A DNA stretch of 62,698 nucleotides, the filler included, from Candidatus Omnitrophota bacterium (GTDB lineage: Bacteria > Omnitrophota > Gorgyraeia > Tantalellales > Tantalellaceae), in assembly GCA_043813915.1 (NCBI GenBank). It is 5 parts of 5 records of this genome, joined end to end, with 100 filler letters (N's around TTAATTAATTAA, not from the genome) between each part and the next. Parts side by side here need not be neighbours in the genome. Positions count along the whole stretch, not along the records: positions 1 to 21,082 come from JBDRKO010000034.1; 4 more parts are not named here. One strand, written 5' to 3'. Shown here piece by piece: positions 9,511 through 18,182 of the stretch; the first letter of the stretch is position 1; every line of letters begins with the position of its first letter. A program made the translations under genes and the position numbers. The notes below the pieces were generated by a model, which saw only the letters and a program-made list of their open reading frames with translations, was not told the origin of the DNA and did not search any database.

Positions 9511-10113
9511 ATGGATATCAAAGTCCTGTTGCAGTCCGTACTTATACTTTTTGCGATCGTCAATCCTATAGGCAGCGCGCCGATATTTCTGCAGCTTACG
9601 CGTAATATGCCGCGGGAAGACGCGCGGAAAACTTTTAAAACGGCCGTACTTACCTCCGGAGCTATTCTTTTTGTCTTTATATTCGCGGGCCAATGGGTCC
9701 TTAACTGGTTTTTCCGGATCCAGCTTTATGATCTCATGGCGGCAGGGGGGCTTTTGCTCCTTATAATCGCTATAGACCATCTTATTTTCGGATATCTCGC
9801 GAAAAGCGTGACAGCTCCGGAAAATAAGAACGCGCATCATCTGGGTGCCGTTCCGATAGCCTGCCCGATGCTTGCCGGGCCGGGAGCCATGATGACCGTG
9901 CTTGTTACCTTTACGGAATACGGGTTCTTAACGGCTGCTGTCTCTGTTGTGATAGTTTTAGCGGTTACCTGGGGCATCCTTCATTATATCGATGCCGTAT
10001 ACCGGTTCCTGGGGGAAGCGGTATGCCTGGTGCTATCCAAGATCTTATGCCTTTTCCTGGCGGCGATAGGGATACATCTTCTTATGCAGGGGTTGTCGTA
10101 TTATGGTAAGTAA
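9511..10113 (+). CDS. MarC family membrane protein
   Basis: LFAIVNPIG; AAGGLLL; VPIACPMLAGPGAM. Confidence 0.92.
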   Translation: MDIKVLLQSVLILFAIVNPIGSAPIFLQLTRNMPREDARKTFKTAVLTSGAILFVFIFAGQWVLNWFFRIQLYDLMAAGGLLLLIIAIDHLIFGYLAKSVTAPENKNAHHLGAVPIACPMLAGPGAMMTVLVTFTEYGFLTAAVSVVIVLAVTWGILHYIDAVYRFLGEAVCLVLSKILCLFLAAIGIHLLMQGLSYYGK

Positions 10114-10189
10114 ACACGATCGCGGGACATTATTTCTTTTGTAAGAAGCGCATTCTTAAGTTATGATCATGCAACAATAAAGGAGTAGA

Positions 10190-10462
10190 ATGAAAACTTT
10201 TCTGATCTCGATGGTCCTAACGGTATTTATGTTCACCGGTAATTGTTTTGCTCTATGGGAAGGCTATGATGATACCGATAGTTCCGATGTGGATATCATA
10301 AAGAGAAGCGGAGAGGAGATAACATATCACGAATATCTATATGGAGACGATGTGGATGCTACCGTGATATCGATCGCCGATGGAGGCTACACGGTTTATG
10401 TGAAGGATAAGGCCGACGGAAGAGAGCATACATTTGAAATGGATGATCGTTTTGAGCCATGA
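10190..10462 (+). CDS. Small exported acidic protein
   Basis: AAGGAG SD; signal peptide ending CFA. Confidence 0.7.
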   Translation: MKTFLISMVLTVFMFTGNCFALWEGYDDTDSSDVDIIKRSGEEITYHEYLYGDDVDATVISIADGGYTVYVKDKADGREHTFEMDDRFEP

Positions 10463-10468
10463 TCTTAA

Positions 10469-11122
10469 ATGAACATTAAAAAAACATATTTTTTATTTGC
10501 TTTGATGATCGTTTTAGCAGCCGGTGCCGCTCCGGCCTATTCGCAAAAAAGTACGGATAAACCGGATATTGAGAACAAGACGGATATTGTTCTTATTCCG
10601 GAGGACATTATTGAGTATGATGTCCCGGAAGGATGGAAATACGTCAAAGCTCGTTCGAGATGGTTGAGCCAGGATCCCGCTTTCAAGCTCACTAAAGGGT
10701 TCATGGTCTCGATCAAGGTTACGCTTTACGGAATTACAGAAGGTACGGATTTTTCTGATCCGGGAGATCTTGAAGATAAGATAAATAAGCTGTTCTATAA
10801 AGTTCAGAAAACCGAGGGAACCGCTAACGTAGCGGGAAAAGAAGCAAAGGATATTCAGCTGCATTATGAACAGTTCGGAAGCACCGACGAGCATGGGATA
10901 TATATTCCGGAGGTCTTTGTCCATGATGAATTCGTAATCGTTCCGCTTGAAGCAGGGTTTTTGGTGTTCAACCTGGCTATATACTGGGACGTCCCTATGC
11001 CTTTGCCGTCGCTTTCAGTCGAAGAAGCCGATAACGACTATGACAGGGAAGTCGCCCAGATCTTTAAAGATTGGCATGATTTTCTTAAAAGCTGCAGATT
11101 TAAGCCCATTAAGGTGTCCTAA
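10469..11122 (+). CDS. Exported hypothetical protein
   Basis: Signal peptide; PEGW and AGFLVF motifs echoed in 12888-13478. Confidence 0.7.
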   Translation: MNIKKTYFLFALMIVLAAGAAPAYSQKSTDKPDIENKTDIVLIPEDIIEYDVPEGWKYVKARSRWLSQDPAFKLTKGFMVSIKVTLYGITEGTDFSDPGDLEDKINKLFYKVQKTEGTANVAGKEAKDIQLHYEQFGSTDEHGIYIPEVFVHDEFVIVPLEAGFLVFNLAIYWDVPMPLPSLSVEEADNDYDREVAQIFKDWHDFLKSCRFKPIKVS

Positions 11123-11152
11123 CCCCATTTTCCAGCTTTAAGATCAGTTAGT

Positions 11153-11347
11153 TCATATCGTGCGTTTTGTTCGGAAGGCCCATAGTATAGGCCGTGTGAT
11201 AAGATAGACAGCGTATGCTATTATGATGAGAAGGGATGAAATTTCCATTAGCCTGGAAGGCAAAAAACTTACAAAAGCCAGAGAAGATCCCGCTAGTATT
11301 AAGACCAGAGTCTCTCTTATCAGTACCTTTTTGATGATCCTGAACAT
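11153..11347 (-). CDS. Small membrane protein
   Basis: Two hydrophobic helices; probable ATG at 11347. Confidence 0.5.
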   Translation of the reverse strand: MFRIIKKVLIRETLVLILAGSSLAFVSFLPSRLMEISSLLIIIAYAVYLITRPILWAFRTKRTI

Positions 11348-11409
11348 ATGATACCTTGACCAAGTGTTTCCTGCCCGGAATAATACCGGCAGGAAGGGAT
11401 GACGCTTTA

Positions 11410-11760
11410 TCAGTACGGGATCGAACCTTCTCCGCCGCAATCCGGGCAAAGGTCATAAGGATCACCGTTACAGTCCATACAGGTATGAGTGCCTGATCCG
11501 CCGCAAGAGTTACATGTTTCGGTGACCCAGTTACCGTTATCATCCGGGTACTGAACAGTTCCCGATCCGTGACAGATAGCGCAGTCTTGTATACCCATAC
11601 CGTTACAGGTCCGGCATCTTATCTCGCCGCTTCCCAGACAGGTCGGGCAGGCTTTATACATCGGTTCCCCGTTATCCTGATAATCGTAAGCGAATGAAGG
11701 GGAAGAAAGGGTAAAAGAACACATGAGAATGGCCGTAAATATCAATATAGATCTTCGCAT
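11410..11760 (-). CDS. Exported DnaJ-type CxxCxGxG repeat protein (6 repeats)
   Basis: AAGGAG SD, signal peptide, CPTCLGSG...CPDCGGEG. Confidence 0.8.
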   Translation of the reverse strand: MRRSILIFTAILMCSFTLSSPSFAYDYQDNGEPMYKACPTCLGSGEIRCRTCNGMGIQDCAICHGSGTVQYPDDNGNWVTETCNSCGGSGTHTCMDCNGDPYDLCPDCGGEGSIPY

Positions 11761-11974
11761 AAAATGCTCCTTTTTGAGTTGAGTAAAGTGACAATATTAT
11801 TGCATCCGGCTTTGCGAAAAGCAAGATAATTTGCAGTAATAAGCCCGGCAAGAAGGAGGCGGGACCTCTTGTTATCGCGAAAGAAAGGATCGATTGTAGG
11901 CTAGTAGTCTTTATAGTATAATACTCCAGCTGAAGTTTTTGTGTGCAGTAGGGAAATAATGGGAGGGGGACAAA

Positions 11975-12352
11975 ATGTCCGATAAACTATATATCACGCC
12001 GCCGCGGCCTATGCGTACTATGATCATATCCCAGATAGTCATAGGGGTGCTGTTCCTGCCTTTAGGTATAGCGTTCGTTTTTATCTCCGAAGGTGAGGCA
12101 AGACCTTTCGCCGCGATGTTCGCGGTGATCTGGATCGCGGGATGCGCCGCCATGATCATTCATAGCGTGAAGGTCCTTGGTCTTATGAAAAAAGGCAAGT
12201 TCCAGATAGGTGAAATAAAAAATGAGAACGAAGAGAGAACGGGAGATGTGACGGCAAGATTGAGGGAACTCGAAAAACTTAAAGAAGAAAAACTTATATC
12301 CGCGGAAGAATACGGGAACAAAAGAGCCGAGATAATGAAAGAAAAATGGTGA
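11975..12352 (+). CDS. Membrane protein with C-terminal SHOCT domain
   Basis: Two TM helices; RLRELEKLKEEKLISAEEY..KRAEIM. Confidence 0.85.
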   Translation: MSDKLYITPPRPMRTMIISQIVIGVLFLPLGIAFVFISEGEARPFAAMFAVIWIAGCAAMIIHSVKVLGLMKKGKFQIGEIKNENEERTGDVTARLRELEKLKEEKLISAEEYGNKRAEIMKEKW

Positions 12353-12389
12353 GCGTTTTGAGCGCGGTCGAATAAAAGGAGAAAAAATA

Positions 12390-12863
12390 ATGAGAAGAAT
12401 ATTCATAGTGATGTCCGCCGCGGCCGTGCTGATAACGGCAGGTCTCTTCCAAGCTGGTCCGGCAATGGCGGAAACCGTGAATTGCGGCAATTGCGCCGGA
12501 AACGGTCAGGTAGAAGAGTGGAAAGATTGCGTAAAATGCGGCGGGACCGGTAACGTTTCGTGTATAAGATGTAACGGGTCAGGTAACGAACGATGCGGTA
12601 TGTGCATGGGAAGCGGGTCCATGGATGTTCAATGCCGGGAATGTTACGGTACAGGCCGCGTAAACGACGAAATATGCGGGTCATGTGACGGAAGAGGAAA
12701 AGTCACGGAATCCTGTAACGAGTGCAGCGGAACCGGTAATAAAATATGCGGCAGATGCGGCGGGACCGGTCAGGAAACGTGCACTATGTGTAACGGACAG
12801 GGCGGAAAGAACTGGAAAGTACCGTGTCAAGAATGCGGCGGAACAGGCCGGGTAGAGAGATAA
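12390..12863 (+). CDS. Exported DnaJ-type CxxCxGxG repeat protein (10 repeats)
   Basis: Signal peptide ending AMA; 10 perfect CxxCxGxG units. Confidence 0.85.
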   Translation: MRRIFIVMSAAAVLITAGLFQAGPAMAETVNCGNCAGNGQVEEWKDCVKCGGTGNVSCIRCNGSGNERCGMCMGSGSMDVQCRECYGTGRVNDEICGSCDGRGKVTESCNECSGTGNKICGRCGGTGQETCTMCNGQGGKNWKVPCQECGGTGRVER

Positions 12864-12887
12864 TATCTAACTAAAGGCGGAGCAAAG

Positions 12888-13478
12888 GTGAAAAAGATAT
12901 CGTTTAAAAGATATGGTCTTATGATGTTCATCGCGGTGATCCTATACGCGGTATTTCCGGCCGGTCTTGGTCTTTCAGCGGAACCGTTAGCGGAAAAGCT
13001 AGGCATAGAAGGCGGATATTTTGTATGTCCTACTCCGGAAGGATGGAGCCGGGTAGATAACGACCCGGATTATGGCGACGAAAGAACGTATCTTATAAGT
13101 TTTAACGGGCCTGCCGCGGAAGAGGTTCCGGTCTTGATATACATTTCATATTACGGTGACGGGAACGATGATTTTGACGGTTATGAGGATTTTGTGAACA
13201 GGAACACTACGGATATTTTTGATGAAGTCATCGCCGTGGCCGAAAAGGCAGAGCTTAACGGTAAAGACGCGTTGACTTTTGAGCATGAAAGAAAACAGTA
13301 TCTTCATCCCGGATCAAAAGACGATACATGGGTAATGGTCAAAACGAAGTTCTATGTTCTGCTTGGCAAGGACCGTAAAGGTTTTTTCGTCCTGGAATAT
13401 TCCGCGCCGAGCAGCGCGTATGAGGAATATCTGCTTATTTTTCAGGGGATCGCGGATACTTTTAAGATCGTTGAGTAG
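12888..13478 (+). CDS. Exported hypothetical protein (possible PsbP/DcrB-like fold)
   Basis: Signal peptide; PEGW...YEEYLLIF..IADTFKI pattern. Confidence 0.65.
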   Translation: MKKISFKRYGLMMFIAVILYAVFPAGLGLSAEPLAEKLGIEGGYFVCPTPEGWSRVDNDPDYGDERTYLISFNGPAAEEVPVLIYISYYGDGNDDFDGYEDFVNRNTTDIFDEVIAVAEKAELNGKDALTFEHERKQYLHPGSKDDTWVMVKTKFYVLLGKDRKGFFVLEYSAPSSAYEEYLLIFQGIADTFKIVE

Positions 13479-13497
13479 TAAAAAAAGGAGAAGTTCT

Positions 13498-13728
13498 ATG
13501 AAGATCATAATAGCGGTTTTATTCGGCATAACGGTCCTTTTGTCATCCGCGGTATGCCCGTTCGCTTCGGCCGGCGACGCGATGGACCAGCTCCAGGGAA
13601 TGAGCAATACCGGCACGACTTTTGACGGCAGTGACGGGCGCCGTTCCGGTATGGATATAGATTTTGTCGAAGTCGAAGGTCCCGAAATACCGGAGCCGAC
13701 AGCGGTCCCGGTGGACGAAGAATATTAA
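13498..13728 (+). CDS. Small exported acidic protein
   Basis: AAGGAG SD before ATG 13498; signal peptide ending ASA. Confidence 0.65.
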   Translation: MKIIIAVLFGITVLLSSAVCPFASAGDAMDQLQGMSNTGTTFDGSDGRRSGMDIDFVEVEGPEIPEPTAVPVDEEY

Positions 13729-13740
13729 CAGGAGGGAACA

Positions 13741-13845
13741 ATGATAGGATTACCTGAACTTATTGTCATAGGCGTGCTTATCGCCGGGATAGCCGGCGTA
13801 GTAATACTGATAAAATATGTGTTCGGCAAAAAGAGATCAAAGTGA
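13741..13845 (+). CDS. 34-aa membrane peptide with TatA-like N-terminus
   Basis: AGGAGG SD; MIGLPELIVIGVLIAGIAGVVILIKYVFGKKRSK; below the ORF-track cutoff. Confidence 0.65.
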   Translation: MIGLPELIVIGVLIAGIAGVVILIKYVFGKKRSK

Positions 13846-13855
13846 AGGAGCGTAT

Positions 13856-14614
13856 ATGAAATTCGTTTCTCGGATGATGATAATTGTCCTGTTATTGTCG
13901 GCAGGCGTTTGGACGGCGACGGCTGAATTGATGCCTGTCGAACCGGGCAGTGTTGACGTCTATACTTCAGATAACGGGAGATACGAAGTGTCGATCATAT
14001 ACGGCGATGGTTTGCCGTCATGGAGCTTAAAAGAGGATGGTCAGGAGCTGTGGAGTAAGCCTATGATGGATGAACCCGGAGCCGCGTCGGTTTCCGATAA
14101 CGGCGAAACGATCGCTCTTCCGTTATGGGGATGGCGTGACGAGGGAGGATCAAGCGGTGTGGCCGTTTATAATAAAGAAGGCGATCTTGTAAAAAAGATC
14201 TATTTCAAAGGTCTATCGATGAGCGCGGAAACACTTCGGTGGGTCCGAGCGACCGGTATCTCGCCTGACGGTAAATATCTGGCTATAGGAGGGAACGGTA
14301 AAGAGAACGCGACCGTAACATTGTTCGCCTCGGCGTCCGGAGAGCTCGTATGGGAAAAAGCGGCGGGTTTACCGGATATAGTGGATATAAGAATAGCCAA
14401 AGACGGGAAGCATGTCCTTATCGCTACGCGTGAGAAAAACGGGACCGGTATGGAATTTGTTCTGTTTGGCGGTGAAGGCAGCGTTCTTTGGAACAAAAAG
14501 ATAGATAATAACCTATCCTACGATGTGGAACATTATATAAGGTTCACGGACGACGGTACCGGGTTCGAGATATACGATCTCGCGTCCGGTAAATACCTTT
14601 ACGAAAAACTATGA
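13856..14614 (+). CDS. Exported beta-propeller-like (PQQ/WD40-type) protein
   Basis: AAGGAG SD; repeats SDNG/SPDG/AKDG and GQELW/GELVW/GSVLW. Confidence 0.7.
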   Translation: MKFVSRMMIIVLLLSAGVWTATAELMPVEPGSVDVYTSDNGRYEVSIIYGDGLPSWSLKEDGQELWSKPMMDEPGAASVSDNGETIALPLWGWRDEGGSSGVAVYNKEGDLVKKIYFKGLSMSAETLRWVRATGISPDGKYLAIGGNGKENATVTLFASASGELVWEKAAGLPDIVDIRIAKDGKHVLIATREKNGTGMEFVLFGGEGSVLWNKKIDNNLSYDVEHYIRFTDDGTGFEIYDLASGKYLYEKL

Positions 14615-15066
14615 AAATAAAGGTCCTTACATTAACACTGTTCTTATGTGCGTTAACAGCCGAAGCCTTTGCCGTTCTGCCTCCTCAATACTACGCGCAG
14701 TATATCGAAGATTCCAAAATAAAAGCAACGGCGGTCGTAAGGTCCGTAAAGGTCATTTCTCACCGCAACGCGGTCGATCATAAAAAGGTAACGTTCTCTC
14801 TTATTAAGTCCTACGGTCCCGAAAAAGCTCCCGAAACATTCACGGGAACATGCAGTTCCGTGAATAAAAGATGGTTTGAGGGCCCGCCTATGCTCGGACC
14901 GACCTTATACTACGAACCGGAGAAGAACGAAAAGGTCTATGTAACGGTAAAAGATAACGACGGAGATATTACCAGTTATACTCCGCTTACCACGGAACTC
15001 GAAAAAGCACTGAACGAAGATATAAGTAGCGTCAAGAATGGTATGGGCACGGTTCATTATAAATAG
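14611..15066 (+). CDS. Exported hypothetical protein
   Basis: Signal peptide ending AFA; ATGA overlap with the upstream gene. Confidence 0.7.
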   Translation: MKIKVLTLTLFLCALTAEAFAVLPPQYYAQYIEDSKIKATAVVRSVKVISHRNAVDHKKVTFSLIKSYGPEKAPETFTGTCSSVNKRWFEGPPMLGPTLYYEPEKNEKVYVTVKDNDGDITSYTPLTTELEKALNEDISSVKNGMGTVHYK

Positions 15067-15120
15067 CCGGTTTTATACCGTTTGTCCATCCTCCCGGGGA
15101 CAGAAGTCAGACGTCAGAAT

Positions 15121-15148
15121 GTAGGGGCACGGCATGCCGTGCCCCTAC
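15121..15148. repeat. GTAG-family REP palindrome
   Basis: GTAGGGGCACGGCATGCCGTGCCCCTAC; related copies near 16185, 16228, 18982, 59462. Confidence 0.9.
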
Positions 15149-15189
15149 GGTTCGAGGAAAAAACCATTGAACCATTAAACTGATAACCC

Positions 15190-15678
15190 ATGAAAACTAT
15201 CATATTAGACGCGTATAACGTTATCCATGAACTCCCGGAACTTTCGGCGAAACTGAGACACGGTCTTCGTGACGCTAGAAAAGCGCTTCTTAACTTAATG
15301 GTCGATTGGAAACGCGAGAACGGGTTCAAATGGAAGGTATGTATAGTCTATGACGGCCAGGACGGTGTGTTCAATCCCGAAAAGACGGGACTTTGCGGTG
15401 TAGACTGCGTTTTTACGGGGTCGAGAGAAGAAGCGGACGACAGAATAATATCGATCGTCCGGAGAGCTTCAAAGACAACCGAGATCGTTGTCGTTTCCGC
15501 GGACGGTAGAGTAGTTAACGGATGCAGGGTCCACGGTGCACGGGTAGAGAGTCCGTCTTTTCTCAAAAAGAAACCTAAGAAGAAGAACGGGAAGACAGTT
15601 TCCGCCGCCGGTAAAAAGATATCCGGTAAAGACGAACACGAGATCAATAAATATTATAAAGAAGCGCTGGGGCTGTGA
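15190..15678 (+). CDS. NYN domain (YacP/Rae1-like) ribonuclease
   Basis: ILDAYNVI, IVYDG, EADDRI, VVSAD motifs. Confidence 0.88.
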   Translation: MKTIILDAYNVIHELPELSAKLRHGLRDARKALLNLMVDWKRENGFKWKVCIVYDGQDGVFNPEKTGLCGVDCVFTGSREEADDRIISIVRRASKTTEIVVVSADGRVVNGCRVHGARVESPSFLKKKPKKKNGKTVSAAGKKISGKDEHEINKYYKEALGL

Positions 15679-16184
15679 AAAAGAAAACGGTAATAGTTAA
15701 TGATAAAATGCAGAAAAAGTACAGGTACGTACTGACCGAACCCGCGGGCAAAAATTTCGATCCCGTGTTCAAACCCCAACTTACACCTAAACAGATGTTA
15801 AAACTAGGCGTTTTTGGCGGAAAATATATGACAGACTGCGGTAACGAGTTCCCTTCGGATTGGTATAAAGACGCTAAATTATGTACTGAAAAACACGATC
15901 CAACCCTGAACTATTTCGGGATCAATGCCAGTAAACCGTTAAGCTACTGGTCAAAAAAAGGATGGATATACTATCAGGATCCGCGAGGATGGTTCCAATG
16001 GTACTGCCGGTACTATATGGGACGCAGGTTACCGATAGAAGACGATCGGCAGATCGGCAGATGGAGAGCTATGGTAAGACATATCGCGCAGATAGAACAT
16101 AACTGTGATAAAAAAGATATGTTGTGCAGACCCAAACAACGTCAGGCATTATTACATTGGGCGTATGATAGCCGTAAGATATGA
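15675..16184 (+). CDS. Conserved hypothetical protein (DPRGWFQWYCRYY family)
   Basis: LTPKQML.LGVFGG.Y, DPRGWFQWYCRYYMGRR, RQALLHWAYD; GTGA overlap with the NYN gene. Confidence 0.8.
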   Translation: MKKKTVIVNDKMQKKYRYVLTEPAGKNFDPVFKPQLTPKQMLKLGVFGGKYMTDCGNEFPSDWYKDAKLCTEKHDPTLNYFGINASKPLSYWSKKGWIYYQDPRGWFQWYCRYYMGRRLPIEDDRQIGRWRAMVRHIAQIEHNCDKKDMLCRPKQRQALLHWAYDSRKI

Positions 16185-16258
16185 GTAGGGGCGGTTCGTG
16201 AACCGCCCGAAGCCAGACGTCAGAGCGTAGGGGCACGGCATGCCGTGCCCGATATTTC
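16185..16258 (+). repeat. Tandem GTAG REP units
   Basis: GTAGGGGCGGTTCGTGAACCGCCC and GTAGGGGCACGGCATGCCGTGCCC. Confidence 0.85.
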
Positions 16259-16307
16259 ACGGTTCACGGATCACGAGTCACGGGTATACAAAAACCAGGA
16301 GGTAAAT

Positions 16308-16556
16308 ATGGGTATCAATCTTGCTACAACGGGACTGTTATTGATTATGGCCGCGTGGTTCATTCAGCTAGGATATTCTTTTAAAGGTAATAACCGGATA
16401 CAGCCGGTCTTTATTATCTGTTATATGATAGGTGTTCTGGCTCTTATCGTATCCGATTATATCCAAACAAGCATTTTGTCGCATTTCGAAGCTTTGACCT
16501 TCATAGCTTCCGGTGTTCTTCTGGTAAAGATACTTACGGGGAAGAACGGGAAGTAA
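16308..16556 (+). CDS. Small 3-TM membrane protein (PQ-loop-like)
   Basis: AGGAGG SD; three hydrophobic helices. Confidence 0.65.
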   Translation: MGINLATTGLLLIMAAWFIQLGYSFKGNNRIQPVFIICYMIGVLALIVSDYIQTSILSHFEALTFIASGVLLVKILTGKNGK

Positions 16557-16566
16557 ATAAGAGAAC

Positions 16567-16618
16567 TCTACTTCTGATAAAAAAGCCCCATGAACGGGGC
16601 TTTTTTATCAGAAGTAGA
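16567..16618. terminator. Bidirectional intrinsic terminator
   Basis: Perfect 23-bp inverted repeat with A/T tracts between convergent genes. Confidence 0.9.
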
Positions 16619-16645
16619 ACTTGATCAGCGCTATATAACAGGTCA

Positions 16646-17110
16646 TCAATGGTCGCCGGCAAGAAGAAGAATTTCTTCATCGATCAAATTATCCAGCGAT
16701 TCGATCGCCATCCAGTAATTATGCATTTTAGAATTATTTACAGGAGCGGATAACTCAGCTGAGATATCCGCATTTATTAACTCATCACCTAGGATCTGTA
16801 TGTTTCTGAATGAATCGGCAATAACTAGGAGACCCTGTCTTTCGGTGTCCGTTAATTGTAGGGCCTGCAATTTTATTAAAACCCGGTCGATCGTATCGAT
16901 ATCCTCCCTATAGTCATTTAAAGCGATCTTAGCGTCTTCGCGGGCCAGATCGGCAATGTGGAAAAAGACCGCGGCGGCAGATTCCCATAAATTACTTTCC
17001 AGCTTGCCGAATAGATGAATAGCGCTGTCTTCGGCGTCCGTAATAGCTGCATGAGCGGTCGAAGAGAGAACAAACGCGGTCATGATAAGGGCAATGAACG
17101 ATCTTTTCAT
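16646..17110 (-). CDS. Exported helical hypothetical protein
   Basis: AGGAGG SD; signal peptide ending AHA. Confidence 0.75.
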   Translation of the reverse strand: MKRSFIALIMTAFVLSSTAHAAITDAEDSAIHLFGKLESNLWESAAAVFFHIADLAREDAKIALNDYREDIDTIDRVLIKLQALQLTDTERQGLLVIADSFRNIQILGDELINADISAELSAPVNNSKMHNYWMAIESLDNLIDEEILLLAGDH

Positions 17111-17405
17111 TTCTTTCCTCCTTTTTACGCGATAAAAAGTATAAGACCGAATAGGTATTAATAAGTATATATCATGAGATCGGAAAAGACCAGGGAGCTG
17201 AAGAAAGTGTCAGCATAGCCGGTGAATGGGATCAGGTTTTGGAGGGTTTAGAAGGGATAGCGTATATCGTTTCCACAAATAGGGGACGGTTCCCGGTTTC
17301 TCCCATATTTGCAATTTCTTGTAAATATACGGATTTAGAGTTAGAATATCCCTACGCTACAAAGGGGTGCGCGGGTGGCATTAAAAACAGACATATATCT
17401 TGAAT

Positions 17406-17447
17406 AAGGCGATCTTTCCCGGGAATCGGATAGACCGCCTTTTTTTT
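17406..17447 (+). terminator. Terminator-like hairpin in a leader
   Basis: AAGGCGATCT.../...AGACCGCCTT followed by T-run; promoter TTGTAA-17-TAGAAT at 17319-17347. Confidence 0.55.
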
Positions 17448-17448
17448 G

Positions 17449-17520
17449 TCCCCAAGATCCATCCGGGATAGATCTTATCCCGGATAGGATTTATCCCGGA
17501 TGGATTGAAAAGGGGAAACG
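17449..17520. repeat. RAYT-cognate REP/REPIN (ATCCGGGATA type)
   Basis: ATCCATCCGGGATA...TATCCCGGATGGAT, same as the repeats flanking the RAYT at 28740. Confidence 0.85.
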
Positions 17521-17580
17521 TTTTTGTTTTAGATGCTAATGTCTCGTGAAACAACAATAAAAGGAGGTTGTCAGAAGAAG

Positions 17581-17988
17581 ATGGGTAAAATACTGGTTGC
17601 GGGTATCGTAGTGAGTATTTTCAACGCGATCGTGGGCATGGTAACTTGCGGAGGCATTTTCAGCTGGGTCTATAAATTGGAACCGACCAATATATGGAAA
17701 CCTATGGAAGGACCACCGGGTATCGAGTTCTTTATAGGCAGTTTCATATTGAGCATGATCCTTGTTTTTATCTACGCGCTTATCAACAAGGGTATCCCCG
17801 GGAAAAATAAACTTGCGAAAGGCCTTGTTTTCGGTTTAGGTGTGTGGGCAGTAGGGATCTTACCGGGCATGCTTGCCACATATTCATTTATGACAATGTC
17901 TACTACTGTTGTTATTTATCTGACCATCATGGGTTTAATTAAGACTCCCTTGGTAGGATTGATAATCGCGGCCATATATGGGGAATAG
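17581..17988 (+). CDS. 4-TM membrane protein
   Basis: Hydrophobic helices; KGLVFGLGVW; AAGGAGG upstream; alternative start 17533. Confidence 0.75.
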   Translation: MGKILVAGIVVSIFNAIVGMVTCGGIFSWVYKLEPTNIWKPMEGPPGIEFFIGSFILSMILVFIYALINKGIPGKNKLAKGLVFGLGVWAVGILPGMLATYSFMTMSTTVVIYLTIMGLIKTPLVGLIIAAIYGE

Positions 17989-18055
17989 AGTTTGTGGGGT
18001 TTGTTGGGTTTATAAGAATAGTCTAACCTGGTTAGATTCTGCCAGGTTAGATGTG

Positions 18056-18111
18056 TCCCCAAGATCTATCCGGGATAGATCTTATCCCGGATGGATTGAA
18101 AGGGGGAAACG
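18056..18111. repeat. RAYT-cognate REP/REPIN (ATCCGGGATA type)
   Basis: Near-direct repeat of 17449-17520 lacking one internal unit. Confidence 0.85.
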
Positions 18112-18182
18112 TCTTTTTGTCATAGGGGACACTTGCAAAGCTAAATTCGCGAACGGTACAAAAGGTACGCTGAAAGGGACAT

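Noticed and set aside
11560..11590. CAICH as a c-type heme site
   Set aside because: It is one unit of the CxxCxGxG repeat series and likely incidental
18021..18052. attC-like GTCTAAC...GTTAGAT inverted repeat
   Set aside because: Too short for an attC, single copy, no integron integrase in the window
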